A stretch of DNA of 63,899 nucleotides, filler included, from Intoshia linei (Eukaryota; Animalia; Orthonectida), in assembly GCA_001642005.1 (NCBI GenBank). It is 6 parts of 6 records of this genome, joined end to end, with 100 filler letters (N's around TTAATTAATTAA, not from the genome) between each part and the next. Parts side by side here need not be neighbours in the genome. Positions count along the whole stretch, not along the records: positions 19,369 to 48,561 come from LWCA01000392.1; 5 more parts are not named here. One strand, 5' to 3'. Of this stretch, positions 26,404 to 41,200 are shown piece after piece. Made by a program: the position numbers and the translations under genes. Position 1 is the stretch's first letter. Every line of letters begins with the position of its first letter. Under the pieces are notes generated by a model. That model was not told the origin of the DNA and did not search any database. It saw only the letters and a program-made list of their open reading frames with translations.

Positions 26404-27574
26404 ATGGAAAAAGAAGTGGATGGAAAACATGAAACATTAATAAAGAATACTTTCATGTGCAGTGCAAAACATGCACATCCTACAATGGATGTTAATAAAA
26501 TTGTGGATTTTTATTGGGACACCGTAAACGAAAAGTACGACAACTTATCTGATGTAACTTTAATACACTGTTAATGTAATCATATATCAAGGCGGTTACG
26601 TTGTGGTTTTAAAAACAGTCAAATATGAAATTTAAGAGGTAGAAAAATTTTATTTATTCAATTTTTTATCAGGCCTCCCTATATCCCTACACTACTACAC
26701 ATATTTTTGAGAGTTAACTAGTGGCTGACTAGATAAAAATAGTAGATTCTATATAGTATACACAGAGCAGAACCTACCAATCTCGAGACCGTCTGTAAAT
26801 CAAAATTAAGTCCCTAAAAAATGTTCACAAACTATGCATAGTGTCATATAGCCCTAACGTCATCTTTAAGTCTCTTGACTTGACATTTTAAGTTTAACAC
26901 ACATAATAGTTATGTTATTTAAGAATATAATTTTGTTAATCTTAAATTGTAAAAATAATGCCCCCATTTTACAAAAATTTCATCAGTGCCCCTGAAGAGT
27001 GGTCTCTGGGTACGGTAGGTTTGGCACCCATATCTGGTAACTAACTTGTTTAGATATCGATATACATTAAATCTATAAATTTTTTAACGCGTATCCAAAA
27101 ATTTCTCTCCCGCAACGATTAATTAAAATGTGGCACTCTGATATTTAGAATATATTGTATCATTTTAAACTATATTTTATTTGTAGTGTTTTATACGTAC
27201 ATCTTCCCTACCAATTGCCAGAGTAAAACGTATAATGAAATTGGATGAAGACGTAAAGGTACACCAACTCTAAATAAAAATGACATTCTCTAATTTAGAT
27301 GATATCTTCTGAAGTACCCATTTTATTTGCCAAAGCTGCAGAATTATTCATTACTGAACTAACCGTAAGATCATGGATAATCACTAGCGAACACAAACGT
27401 CGAACTTTGCAAAAATCAGATATAGCTACTGCAGTTTCTCAAAATGACATGTATGATTTTTTAATTGATGTTTTACCTCGTGACGACCCTGTCAAAGGAT
27501 TATCATATTTGGATAAAAACTTGTTTAATACACCGGTAAAAAATAAAAAAAACGAAAAAAATGTTAACATGTAA
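26404..27574 (+). CDS. NFYC: Nuclear transcription factor Y subunit gamma
   Basis: Histone fold [17 protein letters not shown]|[42 protein letters not shown]...[10 protein letters not shown]. First exon starts at ATG 26404. Confidence 0.92.
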
Positions 27575-27652
27575 ATTAAATTTAATCATTATAATACTTA
27601 TTAACTATAAAACACACACAATAGCTATATATGACATTGACAAGGATTTTCT

Positions 27653-30600
27653 TTACTCTAATATAAAAGACGCAGATTTTTGATTTTCTGTATTCGGCCT
27701 AATTATCGGACTACTTGAATTAATTGAACCATTAATATTTTTTTTTGAAAAATTAGTATGTTGTTTATTTTTTTCAAAGTAAACATATGTAGGGTTTTCA
27801 TAACCACTATACTGTAATTGTTCAGCTAACTTGGAATCATCAGTCATTTTATGTTCATCTTTATTTAATGGTTCAAAATTGTATTTTCGAGAAAACTTGT
27901 TTTGTAACTTAAAGTTGATTAATGATTTCCTTTTAACTAGAAATACTATTAGAATAATGACAATTACAATTGGTATTGCGCTAAGTAGTATTCCCACTGG
28001 CATTGAGACATAATTTGTGTTTTTGTTTGTAGTCTTTTTTATCACACTTCTACTTACTCTGTAATTTTCAGTTATCGGAGTTTCATCAATTATAATTTTA
28101 CTGTTTGCAACATTTTCAAAATTATTGTCTTGCAATAATTTTGATTCATTAAATATTATTTCACTTTCTTTTTCTAGTGGAATGATTTTATTTTCAGATT
28201 TAACGTCATTTTTTAAATTTAAATTTAAATTTTCGTCAATTAAAATTTCATAGTTTTGTACATTTTCTTGTCTAGATGTATACACTGGATTTACTTTTTT
28301 ATCAGTCTTTTTTGTTTCTACATTTTGTATAACATTTGTTTTTGTTTGTTTTTCATTTTTTGGTTCGGTACTTGAAATTAAGGATGAAGTGTTTATCAAA
28401 TTTTCCATTTTTGTGAGGTTTTCGGCTAAAATTCATTTTTATTATTTTAATAATCTATATTATAATATTTATAAGAATGGGTGTATTGTCCCTTGACGAA
28501 ATTTGATTTAAAAAATTACAATTTTTGAAATGGGTTATTTAAACGTTTTTTCATGGACCCTATAAATAATTTGAAAAAGCATTGAATGTATTAAATTTCA
28601 TTTCAAAAGTTTTTGGACCAGGGTCCATAAGGAAAAGTTTGATCAGCCTTTAGACTACAGTTTAGACCAGTGGTTCCCGATTGAATATGCCTATATGGCT
28701 TTGGGGTCCGTAAAATTCCAATAAAATATAAAAAAAAATTTTATCAACTTTTGTTTAATTGTAGAATTTTTTACAGAAAATTCTATTACAGATTTGCCAG
28801 ATGTTGTGAATTTATCCTAAAGCCTAGATGACAGCTAGATTATTATTCCAAAAATCTCAAGGAAAATCGACTTTTACCGATATTTTTTTGAAAAATTTGA
28901 TTTTACCAAATCTTATGAGCAACAATTTTTTAATCCAAAACCCCAAATAAAAAATCAATTTACCAACCTAAATTAAAGGGAAAATCACCTTTTTCTAATA
29001 TTTTTTGAAAAACACGATTTTACCAAATCTTATGAGAAAAACCTTTAATTTTTTCATAAATGTTATATATTTCAGGTTTCGTGTGGGGTCCAAAAAAAAT
29101 AAATATTTTGAAATGGGGTCTGTACACTTTTTGAATCGGGAACAACTAGTCTAGACATATAACAATATTACCAATTATTGATTTAACCTTATCCTCGTCC
29201 TTTTTATCCAACACCATCAACATGGACACAGTAGCATTAATTCTAGTTTTAATCGAAATAACATGTTTTTGTATATACTCGGCATTTCTATGTTCACTAT
29301 GTTTATCTTTTAAATGTTTTATAGCGTGTTCTATATCTTTGGTTTCAACAGAAATAAAATCTGCTAAATTTTCTCCAATTTTTTGAGTCTATATTTAAAT
29401 AATAAAATGACGCATAATTAATATTACATCCTTTTCCAAACTATGCAAATTTTGCACAAATTTGTCGTAAATTATTCGTTTTTCATCATTGATATAATCT
29501 TGGATTCGCCATTGATGAACATCTTGGATTTGTTTTTTTTTCCTGTGATTATCATCTTCAACGTTTTTGTAAAGTTTTTGATATTTCTATAATAAAAAAA
29601 ATGCAAGTTTTGACTAGAGGTAGATTATAAAAACCACTTATTTAAAATTTCCATTTGTTCAACTATCGAATTAAGTAATAACAAGTTTATAATGACCTAG
29701 ACATGATTATAAGATAATTAGAAATATTAAAGTGACGCAATATCTCAATTATCGCCGGGTGAATCTCGCAGGTAAAAAATTGGTGGCCGGTGGCCACTAA
29801 TAAATAAATAATAAATAAATAAAAAGTACCACACTAATTTCATTCTGAGTAGCACTTTTCAAATCGTCCTCCAATGCGGCATTTCTGAGATTACCGCTTT
29901 CAACGGTCCAATGTTTCATTAACTACAAAATTTAAATTATTAATTATAAATAATAAATACATTTTATAATTATTAAAAATTTACTTCAGCCAATTTGGAA
30001 TGATACGACTTCATTAAATCATCTATGGCGCTAGAATAGTAGTCGGATTCTTCATCAAAGCTTTTTGGTTCAATTAAATATTCCTCATATAAAATGTGTT
30101 TATTCTCCTTAATTTCATCTTTTAAATCATCTTTAAGTTTCACACCAACACCATGTTCGGTTCCATCAACATCAATTATAATTTCATCTCTGTCGGCTTT
30201 TTCAATTTCAATTTTTTTAGTGGAATTATAACAACACACAAATTCTACACCGTTATATAAACCTACTCCACATGAATTAAATGGAGACGTTCTCAGAAGT
30301 TTTCCGTCGTAATTTGCTTGACAGTGATCACTCGCTAATGTCATCCATGCATTGTGTGTCATACAATTTGGTTCTCTGTTTAAGAACATGAATTCGCATT
30401 CATCTGGAACCAATAATGGTTCACTATCCATTGTCACTAAAATTCATTAATAATATATAGGTTTATAAGGTATATTTACTCGTGCATTCATAAGGACGGG
30501 TCCAATAACTAATTTCTTTACAATTTTTTTCATCTCCACATTCTATTGTTACATATTCCCAATCATAGGATTCAAAATAATTTTGGATATTGTTGTTTTT

Positions 30601-33600
30601 AAATATCTATTAAATTCATTTTTAAAATATTAATTGTTAATTGAGTAAAAATATCAATCATTATCAGATGATGTCACTTAAATTTTCGTTTTTTGGTAAT
30701 TAATTAAGTTAATTTAATGTTATTTAAAAATGTATGTCTGTTTAGTTATTTGTTCGTTCCAGTTTATTTTAGAAAGTAAGAGGCGTAGAGCTTTAAAAAT
30801 ACAACTTTATAGTACTACTTTTTCGTCGATTAGATTCTATCAAAAATTCCAATAATCCTTTTTTTTAAAAATGAAACGAGACCTCAATTATCAACACAAT
30901 ACACAATCTGATAAAGATTTTAAAATCATCATCAATATGATAAATTTCAAAATTATACATCTTATTCAAGTTGATATAGATACAACATTTCAACCCCAGA
31001 AATGTACGTATTCCCTGTTAAAAATAACTCAATTTTTTCAATCAACCAATATTTTTCAAATTTTAGGATTAAAATTATATTGTAAATATTCGTCCTACAA
31101 TTTCAAAAACATGGAAATTGACTGTATAGCATACAACAGTGATTCCCAACCTGTGGGTAATTATATATCTTTCATGGGTAATCGCGAAATTTTTTTTTGC
31201 GTCGTATGTACAGTAACGTATAAAATATACTAATGTAATAATAAAATGTAGTCATGTAATAAATGAATATTGATTTTTAAAATTTTCGCATATAAAAAAA
31301 TGGCGTTGAAGAGGGATGTGTATCATTTACACATATATAAAATTAAACATGTGTTGCCGTTTATTTAAAATTTAAATAAGTTCAGTGTTTCTCAACCGGC
31401 GTATCCAGACGCACTAGTGCGCCCAGAGAAAAATTGATAAATAAAAAAAATTATTACTAAAGATAAACAATTATAATTGATATTTTCATATTATCTTATT
31501 TTTAAGCAGATTTTTTTTTCAGTGTTGTTCAGTGTAATATTTAGTGTAATTTTGTTTAAAAAAAATCGGCCCAAAATCAACCCAAACATTTAATAAAACA
31601 TTCATTCTGGAACGAGTTTTAAAATCATTAACATTGTCGTTAATTTCAGCCTCAAAAAACGCATATCTTCATGGTCAAAACCACGAATTACCCTTTGTTT
31701 AAAAAATGAAATATGTCCCAAATTTTTTTTAAGCATAAATTCTGGGATAGTTTTTAAAATCATAAACATTATTATAAATAGAAATCTCAAAAAAAATAAT
31801 TTTCCCCAATCTAACCCCAGATTACCATTTTTTTTAAATGAAAATTGCCCTAGCATTCAAAAAAATTACAGATGGTACAATTATATCTTGTTAAGACACA
31901 CCAAAAATTTCAATCTGAATAAGTGACTTCACGGTCAAAAAAGAACTTTAATATTCATTTTTTTTATTTCGAAACTATTTTATTAACAAAAACAAAAAAT
32001 TTGAAATATTTAATGGTCCTACAATTAAAAAAAAAGTTTATTCTGATACAGTTTATTCCAGTTGATATAAATACAAAATTACAACCCTAGAAATCTATGC
32101 ATTCCCGGTGAAAATTAATTTTTAATATATTATTAACCAATATTTTTCAAATGTTGGATTAAAATTAAAAATGAAAAACTAAAATAATCATCTTACAATT
32201 TCAAAAAATAATGTGCGTTGAACGCCTACAAATTTCCAATAAATGAATATGAGTGCAAATCTATATAATTGATTCCTTAGAGATTTTTTTCATTTCTACG
32301 CAATTTATGATTCGCAAATTCTATTTTCAAAACATTTCACTGTGAAACTAAACAACGAAGTACTAAAAGTACAACTTTGTTATTATCATTTTTATATTTA
32401 TTACAATGCTTTGCAATTCTAATTCAAAATTGGTAAAATTCATCTGAAATGTGTTTTTAAAATGCTGATTCCGTTAATTATTGATACATAATTGATATTT
32501 TAAGTATTTATTAAATTGGTACTGAACATATATTATCACATTGAAAATGACAAAATAGGTTTTTATAATTTTATTTTTTCTGGAATTTATGCTATTTATG
32601 ACAATTTTTAGGATTGGACTGTTTTTACTTTAATATTTTAATATTATACACACATTCTGTCTAATAAATTAAAAAAAGGGGTAAGAATTGTTTTTAAAAT
32701 TCTTTACGCAAATGTTAAACAAAAAATTAAGATGGAATCATTCACTTTAAAGTAAAAAGTAATGATATGACGGTTCCACCTGAAACAAGTTTGGAAACCA
32801 CTCCTTTAAAGGATTGGTAATAGTGAATAGTAGGATTTTTAAGTTAGATTTTCAACATTAATTTATTTTTTTGATATAATAAAAATGTACTCTCGGCAGA
32901 GCTAGGTGCTATTTGTATGTAGTATATAACAGTAAACCTAGTCTTATATAAAACTAATATTTTTATTAAATTTTATAAAAGTAAACATTTCTTTGCTGAA
33001 CAATATCTCGACTTTAGGTCATATTATTCTGCATTAATGATTACTAATCATTGATTAGGTACAACAGTGGTGTGTTCTGAGCCTGCGTGTCCAGACACGT
33101 GGTACAATATATAAAATTATGATAAAATTTAATCAATTTTATTTATTAACAATTAGTTTTAAAATATTGTTTAAACTTGTATCATTATTATTTTACTGTT
33201 GGTAAAATTGAATTCTGATTTATATTTATTTGAAAAAAATTTTCAAATTACCTTTTTGCAATAATTCAATATATCGGATGGCTGAAAAATACATTCGTAA
33301 TCACTAGTATCTTTAATCCATTTTCCTTTCTTCAAATATGAAATTACTTTTCCATTACATGGAATGGCAATCAACAACTTTTCCTCCTCAGTGGTCGATA
33401 GATGGGTATTAGTATTTGTATTCTAAAATATTCATCAAAATAAAAATGGTGTACAATGTACATTGTATTCATTAATACTTTGACCATACCCAAGTAAAAA
33501 ATAAAACTGAAAAAACTCGTATTATTAAAGTTTTTACATACTTGCACAATTACAAAAGAAACATACCTCTGAATAGATCGTGACAAAAAGAATCCAAACG

Positions 33601-33614
33601 TAAAGGTAATACAT
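27653..33614 (-). CDS. Amyloid precursor protein family member (APP/APPL/APL-1 homolog), multi-exon
   Basis: Signal peptide from ATG 33614. E1 GFLD (IAIPCNGK..GKWIKD..C....ILNYCKK), CuBD (SEPLLVPDECEF...CGVGLYNGVEFVCC), acidic linker, E2 helices (LMKHW.., DVHQWRIQDYIND), TM (GILLSAIPIVIVIILIVFLV-KRK) and GYENPTY. No KPI domain. Confidence 0.93.
28668..29148. mobile_element. Buster-type hAT MITE in the last intron of the APP homolog
   Basis: TIRs CAGTGGTTCCCGA / TCGGGAACAACTA. 8-bp flanks GTTTAGAC / GTCTAGAC match 7/8 with a central TA. Confidence 0.8.
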
Positions 33615-34723
33615 GTGTTAATTGATTAGATCAAATAAAATTAATAATCTGAAATAAATGAAATGAGTATAATAAATGGATTTTAAATTTGTTATATACA
33701 TTTATTATGTATACAAGTATGTATATTTTGCTTATCAATATAAAACCAAGTAGTATTTGAAATATATATTTATTAGCACATTATGCAATTCATTTACAGA
33801 TAATTCATGGAGCCAGCATTTTATGTGGATATTTTATAAATTATTAAATCTAGGATAAGTACAAAATCAAATGACGGTTGCATAGTCGAAACATTGCAAA
33901 TACCAGACAACACTTTGCTTATAGTTGATAAAAAATAGTTTACTTTTTAAGCTACAATGGTAAGTTTCTTCTTTTCCAGTCAAATTTTTATTTTATCAAT
34001 TTATTTATTTATAAATATGCAAACTAAGGAAATTAATCAATTTCCATAATAATCGAAATGAAACTGAATATTTATTCAGTTTAAATATTTTAGTATATTA
34101 TGTAAATTTTCGATAAATTAAATATTGTCTCGTGTTATTAAATGTACACTTTCATTGTATACAGTAGTATTTGCAAAAATTGTGATTTAGGTTTAGTCAC
34201 TAAACTTTAGTGTATACTATACAGTGTATAAAATTGGTAACATATACAATATACAGTTACGTATTGATTATTAATTAATGTTAACATGATAAATACTTTT
34301 TAGTCTACTTTTATTATTTCAAAATATACATTTAATTCATATCAACATCAGCTTAAATTTTTATGTTTTGTTCAGACGGTAGAAAACCGAGTGGGTTGGT
34401 TCCGTATTTTTTTAAGTCTAAGGGTAGCAAAAAAAATTTAGGTATTAAAAACAGATGAAGACTGATCTAAGACCGACAACATGTAGTGGATAGTTGAAAA
34501 AATAACGATAACAAAAATATGGACCGAAATTTGTCGGTCTATGCCGGTTTCTTTCTGAAATCCTTAACTCACTATTAAATCAATGAAACGGCACTAATAT
34601 GGCCCATATTATATGGGTGTATTAAATAAATTGAGATTCAACATTATTGAATTTTTATAGGTCAAATTGTCTAACGAAACGTAAACAAACATTTACTATA
34701 TACCCATTTATTGAATTGAATAA

Positions 34724-37601
34724 ATGAAATTTAACTTGGACGATGCAAACTTATATTGCAAAGAATGTCAAAAATTTATATCAATATACAATTTGAAACA
34801 TCATAGACTGTATCATTGTGCAATAGATACTTGCAAATTTTCCGGTTCAACTAAAACGTCCCTAAAAGCCATCATAAAAGCTAAACAAATCTACCTTGAA
34901 AAGATGATGAATTCAAAAGATAAAGATATAAAAAATGTGAGAATGTTTGATAAATTTCATAGTATCACCTATAATGAAAATTTGGACAATTTAAATTTAA
35001 AAGTACTAAACGGACCAATATGCAATTTACAATCACATATTGGAAATAATCACATTAGCGTAAATGTTTTACACAACCCAAAAATTGAATCTAAAAACAA
35101 AAAAAGTTTTAGTAATAAAGATATTATAAATTATTTGAAATCCAATCGATGTTTGGATAGAATAGTGGTAGATAATTTTCAATGCAATTTTTTAAACAAT
35201 TGGAATTGTGGTTATGCTAATGGTAGTCAAATGTTTGATGGGATTTCAAATGTCTGTGAAATTGACACAAATTTATCAAATATGCAAAAAATTTTAGTTC
35301 GTAATAATTACAGTGTCAAAAATTTCAAAAAACATGTCCAGTTTGGTTTCTTTGCAATGTTTACTGGAAAATCTATAAACTCGATAAAATATTGTAGTCA
35401 AAATTGTTATCCTCTTTTTAAAAAAATTTTTCAAAAATATTCAAAAGTTAATGATAATATTAATGATGGTCATGTTGATACTAAACGCATTGTTTTTAAA
35501 ACGTTTCGAAAATTACACATTTTATTAGATAAAAATATCAAGTATATTGGATATGATTCTACTAAATGTATTTTACCTTCTTCGAGTTGTACGTTTATGT
35601 GTTTTATCAATTTTTCTACGTTGGAAATATATTCGTCAAATTTGGGTAACTATTTATTATATGTAAACTTTGGTAGTTATATTGGTCAAATAAAATAATA
35701 TTTACATAAATTCCTTTTAGGTTCTTTTATGCATTCATTTTACTTTATTTTTAAAAAATTTGAAACAAATATCTTCAAGTTTCATTTTAGGGTTAAATTT
35801 CGTTTTTTGGTTAATTTTAATTTTAGATTTTATTTACTTGATTTATTAATAAAATTTCTTTAAAGCTTCTAATTCTGTTTATTAATAAATTTTACCTTTT
35901 TTTGGAAATATTTTTTTATTTTTAAAATAAAATCAATATAAATTCTTTTTGAAGGGTTCATTTTACTGTTTTTGGGTCTCTTTATTCAAAATCTTTTCTT
36001 TTTTTTGTAAATTTTAGCTTTCTTAGAGTAATTAAGAATTTTAAATATAAAATTTCTATTAATTTCCGTTGATGTATTATTTTACTATTTTGGTGTAATT
36101 TTAGACTTTTGTTTAATTTTAAAAATAAAATCAAAGTAAATGTCTCTTTTAGGATTAAATATAACTTTTTTTGTGAAATTTGCGTTGATGAATTTATTTT
36201 ACTTTATGTCTGAGTAATATTAGATTTTTTAAATCAATTCTCTTCAACTTCAAAATCATCGTTAATTCCTCTTTTAGGGGTAAATGTAATTTTTTTTTAC
36301 TAATTTTAGACATTAGATTAATTTTTAATTAAAATTTACATACATTATTGTTTTTGATTTAATTTTAATTAGGTTATTTAACGAAGTCTCTTGAATTTCC
36401 TTTTAAGCGAAAAATTTATCTTTTTTTTGTTAAAATTTATTTATTTAGAGTAATTTAGAATATTTAAAAGAAAATTTATTAAAATTTCCGTTTATGGTTC
36501 AATATTATTTTTTTAAGTTTTGCTTAATTTTAGATATAAATTCCTCTTTTAAGATTGTAATTTAACTTTTATGTAAATTTTAACTTTTTAGGTTTTATAA
36601 GTAATTGTTTATTAATCAAAAAAATATTTAATTGGGATTTGTACCTATAAAACTGGGATGCGGATACCTATAAAAACGTCCAATCAATGTTGAAGTTTTT
36701 AACGTATTTTATAATTAATTTAGGAGATGTATCCGCCATAAGTGTAAATATGAACGGATCAATAACTCAATTATCAGTAAATCATAATTATAAAAATAAA
36801 TTGGAACAAAAAAGAATAAAAACAAAAGGTTCTATATAATTAAAAATTGACTTATTCTTAAAGGTGGACATTTTAGTGAATCGAGAGATAATTTGGTCAA
36901 TAATTTTTGTTCTACCACACGCTGTTTAGGAAATTATGGATGGAAAAACTTGAGATCATTGACTAATTTAAAATGTTCATTGCGTACATTTGATTATAAA
37001 AAGAATAAACCAAATTACATTGTGATAGCTTCAAATTCATTTTGGCAAATTTTTTCAAAAAATGAAGTGAAATCATTAGTTGATAGAGTAATATTAATAA
37101 ATTACAGTAGTTTTTAGTGTTTATATAATAATTAATTACCACTAAAAATATGGACATTCCTATAAATTCTCGACAAACCCATTATGTGATGTTGTAAAAA
37201 CATGTTAATATAATCATGTTTTAATTAATTAGTTTTTTTAGATGCTGCCCAATGGAAAATTGAAAAATATACCATTGCAAACAACTGAGTTTGAAAATTT
37301 CACGAAAAAAACTTCTTCATTGGACATGAATAGTTGCTCAAAAACCTTGGATAAAGAAATTGAATTGGATGCACAAATTCATCATTATTCTGCTATGAAA
37401 AGAATTAAAAATTGGAAAATTGATAAGAGTAAATCACATGATCAGAATGAACCTAATCAAACCAAAACAAAAAGTAAATTCAATTTTAAGGAAGACATCA
37501 ATTTAGCCAAAGAAATATCCAAAAATTTAATTATTTTTGCATGTCTTGGTGGCTGTTCTGACACTGTCAATGTCGCAGTTATTCTTTGTAAACAATATTA
37601 A
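34724..37601 (+). CDS. PP2C-like domain protein with N-terminal C2H2-like finger (PP2D1-like), probably catalytically degenerate
   Basis: CKECQKFISIYNLKHHRLYH. PP2C motifs YSSNLG|D, LSVNHN..EQKRI..GG, TRCLGN, YIVIASNSFW and GGCSDTVNVAVI across 4 exons (34724-35645, ~36724-36828, ~36863-37087, 37242-37601). Confidence 0.8.
35700..36600. repeat. Degenerate T-rich tandem repeat filling intron 1 of the PP2C-like gene
   Basis: Recurring AATTTCC(T/G)TTT..G.T.AA.TT..TTTTTT..TAATTTTA units roughly every 50-90 nt, with strong T skew. Confidence 0.6.
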
Positions 37602-38204
37602 ATTTTTTATTTACAAAATATTAAATTAAGGTGAAAGTTTTTCAATGGCACTCAACACTACACAAGATAACATTGTTTAGATCGCTGAGTATATTTTTTT
37701 ATAATTGTTAATATCAAATAAGAAATAAACATTCCATTTTAAAATTTAAAAGGTCAAACAAATTTATATTTTGTTACCCATTTTCAACAAGCGCAGTCAT
37801 CACAGCTTTAAATTTTTATTTATCAAAATCAGTCAAAGCAGAAAATAAAAGGAAAAAATTGATAAAGAGAATTTGATGTAAACAAACATTACTAAAAATT
37901 AATATAAAAGTACAAAGAATCGTTTGGCAGAAATGGTTCAATTGTATTGAAAATCGCTTTCCATTGCAGATATGTTAGCTTTATTATTCATTATTATTGT
38001 AGTTTGATTCATTAAAAATGTACAAAAAAAATAAAAAAATTGCTATGAAACTAATTGATCCGTTCATCCATAAAAATGAAAGAAAATAATGAAATAGTAG
38101 GATTAAATACACCTAGAACCGAATAAAAATCAACATGGTTAAAAAGTAGCAATCATTGTATTATCAAAAAAATATTAGTATAATATCCGCTGAGTTTATA
38201 AAGT

Positions 38205-41200
38205 TTATTTCCAAATTTTTTTATTTTTTTGTTTATCTTCAAGAGATGATTTCTAAATAAGAAAGATCAAAATTAAATTAAAATATTGTCAACTAATGTA
38301 AAATTGACGAAAAATTAAAAATTAGAACCGGCCAGTTGAAAATTACTGTATTGCTATAATTATAAAGAATTTACATATTTTAAATTTCAAGAAATGAGTC
38401 CGTTCTTCCAATGCTAGACCTTATATCTCTATTATTTCAATCATTTAAAACCAAAAAGTTGTAAAAATTAAAAGTAGAGAAGAGTATTTTTAGAATACAA
38501 CGTAATAATGTAAAAGCTACATGATTTTTATATAAAATTTTGAAATTCTCCTTTATTACCAATTGGGTGCTTAATCATCATATAACAAAAAAATAAAATA
38601 CCCTAAAATTAGCTTTTTTCGGATCGTTATAGTTTGAAATATCGGGTTTGGTCTGGTGTATTTTATTAAGTGGAGACACAAAAACGGCAGGTTTTTTCTC
38701 CAAAATCTAAATTCAATTTGCATTCATTTCGGTAAAAAATAAAATAAAAAACAAATAATAATAAATATTTTTAAAACCTGGTGTAAATATCCCTTCAATT
38801 TTTTTTGTCTTTGTATATTATCTTCAATAGAAGTTAATAAATCATTCTGCAAATTTGGTTTGCTATAATATGAAATTAATAATTAGATTTATTAAATTTC
38901 AACATCTCAATCAAAATGAAATCTAACCAGCCTATTCAATTTATACCCTTCGATAGAAATGCTAATAATTAGGTTACGTTTTTTCAAGGGTAATTTCAAG
39001 TAATTGAATTCATACCTGTGAATTTTTTCATTTCCACTTAAACCGCCAACATTCGGAGATTTAGACATCACAGAAAAATCAATATTATTTATTTCTTCTT
39101 TATAAAGGTCGAATAATACATCTTTACTTTGATACATATCATCCTGTTTTTGATCAATAGGACTAACAATAAAGCAATATAAATAAAACGCACAATACCT
39201 ATTCTTTAAAGATGTAGAATCAAATTCAGCGTCGTACTTATTCACCATTTTTCGTAAAATAGAAATAATCGAATTTCTAAAAAACATTCAAATGATAAAA
39301 TTATAAAATTATAATTAACATAAAAAAATATAAAATCCATATAGTTAACCTATTTTGCTTTTCAATATTAACCAAAGACATTAGTTCGTTTTTATAAACT
39401 TCTCCATATTTTTCTCTATAAATTATTGTAAATGCTGAAATATACCATACTTTTCGTTAGTTTCATTTTTAAATTCTTCAAATTTTAATTGTAATTCTTC
39501 CATTTCCGAAATATTCTCTTTATTGAATTGTTCAAATTCCTTCATGAGATTATGCTTGGAATCTGATAATATTGCATCATACTTTTCACAGGTATTCTTC
39601 AGCTCAGTAGCATGATATTCGTTCAGTTCATTTTTCAAATTGTCCAACTAAAATAAATACATCATGCTCAATATTCATATAATCAAATATTGTCTATTAA
39701 ATGTGGATATTTATTATCCAATATACAGTATAGTAACATATATCATAACAATGTATAACTATAATTATATATTATAATCAGTGATATTACCATTATCATT
39801 TAAAAATTTAAATAAAAAATTATTACCTCAATAAAATGCTTCTTTTTAATTTTATCGCTGTTAGATTTAACTACTTCGTCAATGTTTTTTTCTTTTTTTT
39901 CATATTCAATCTAAAAAATAGGGTTAAAAATCCAACTTTTATCCTCACATCACGTGACCATAAAGTAACTGTTTTTCATTAATCTCCACTTTTGTGCAAT
40001 TTTAGAATAACAGCAACCAAAAAATTTACAAAATCATAGATAAATAGAATCACAATTTGAGATCCAATAAATATAATTTCACATTACCAATTTATTTTTA
40101 CATTGTTCCAATTCAAGATTAGCAGATTTAAGTAATTTTTCTAAACTTTCAATAGTATTTTTAGATTCTTGTTGAAGTTTTTGTGACAAGTTAGATTTAT
40201 TCTAAAAAATATTATAACTAATACACCAATATACGGCATACAGTTGTAGTTTTTTTTAAATTTGTATAATCTTGTTTCAAAATACGCATATCAGCTTGGA
40301 TTTTGTTTATAGTCTCATTTAATTGATCAATTTCCTAAAAAACACAATATTATATTATTCAGGCTGGTTCAAAGTACAGTCCATGCCAATGGTCAATATT
40401 AGGGAATTTACAGTACTTTGTTGGAACAGTGAATAAAAATAAAAAAACTGATAAAATTATGAGAATAAAATTTTTTGAATAATAATCAATAATGATTGAA
40501 ATACTACAACATTGTATATGAAAAGCGTTTAAAAATTTTTTAAAACTGTACTTACGAATAATTGGCAAATACAATTGCCAAATTTGTAAATTAAAAGTAT
40601 GGTCCACTGTAATTTAATTGAACCAGCCTGGTTTAGATGGTATGTTTAGTTTTTATTTTAAAAAGTTAAATTACATTTATTTTTAATTTTTTATAATCCT
40701 TCAATTGTTTTTCTAATAATTCGTTGTTCCTTTTTTCTATTTTATATTTTTCTTCGAATTCTGTTTTCAGTAAACTATCGGATTTTAAAGCCATATTAAT
40801 TTCTTCATATTTATTTTTCTAAAAAAAATATAAATCAATATATAATCATTTTACAGTATTACCTTTTAATTTATATATAGTCTTAGCTTAAATATATCTA
40901 CCAGATTGGTTGATACGTGTTATTTTTCAGTAATAAGGAACATACATACATTGTAATACAATGTATTATAAAAAATAATATTACACGGTGCGACAAAATT
41001 AAAATTTTTGCGATAAAACATTATAAGATTACTTTATTGTTAATCTACTCACGAAAATAATACTAGAATTTTAACGATATGTAAGATCTTATAGTTTCAG
41101 ATCGTTAAACTATACTTATATATACCTGAAAAATAATTCTTTAGGCAAAAAAGTGTTGTATAGAAATTCCAATTCGTATAAATTGTAATATGAATTCATT

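Noticed and set aside
26985-27050. GC-richer intronic patch as a possible small ncRNA
   Set aside because: No tRNA, snRNA or snoRNA motif identified. It adjoins a probable MITE end (CAGTGCCCCTG).
2034-33614. DCC-like and APP-like genes within ~23 kb, as a functional cluster (APP is a reported netrin-1/DCC partner)
   Set aside because: Separated by several unrelated housekeeping genes, with no evidence beyond chance proximity.
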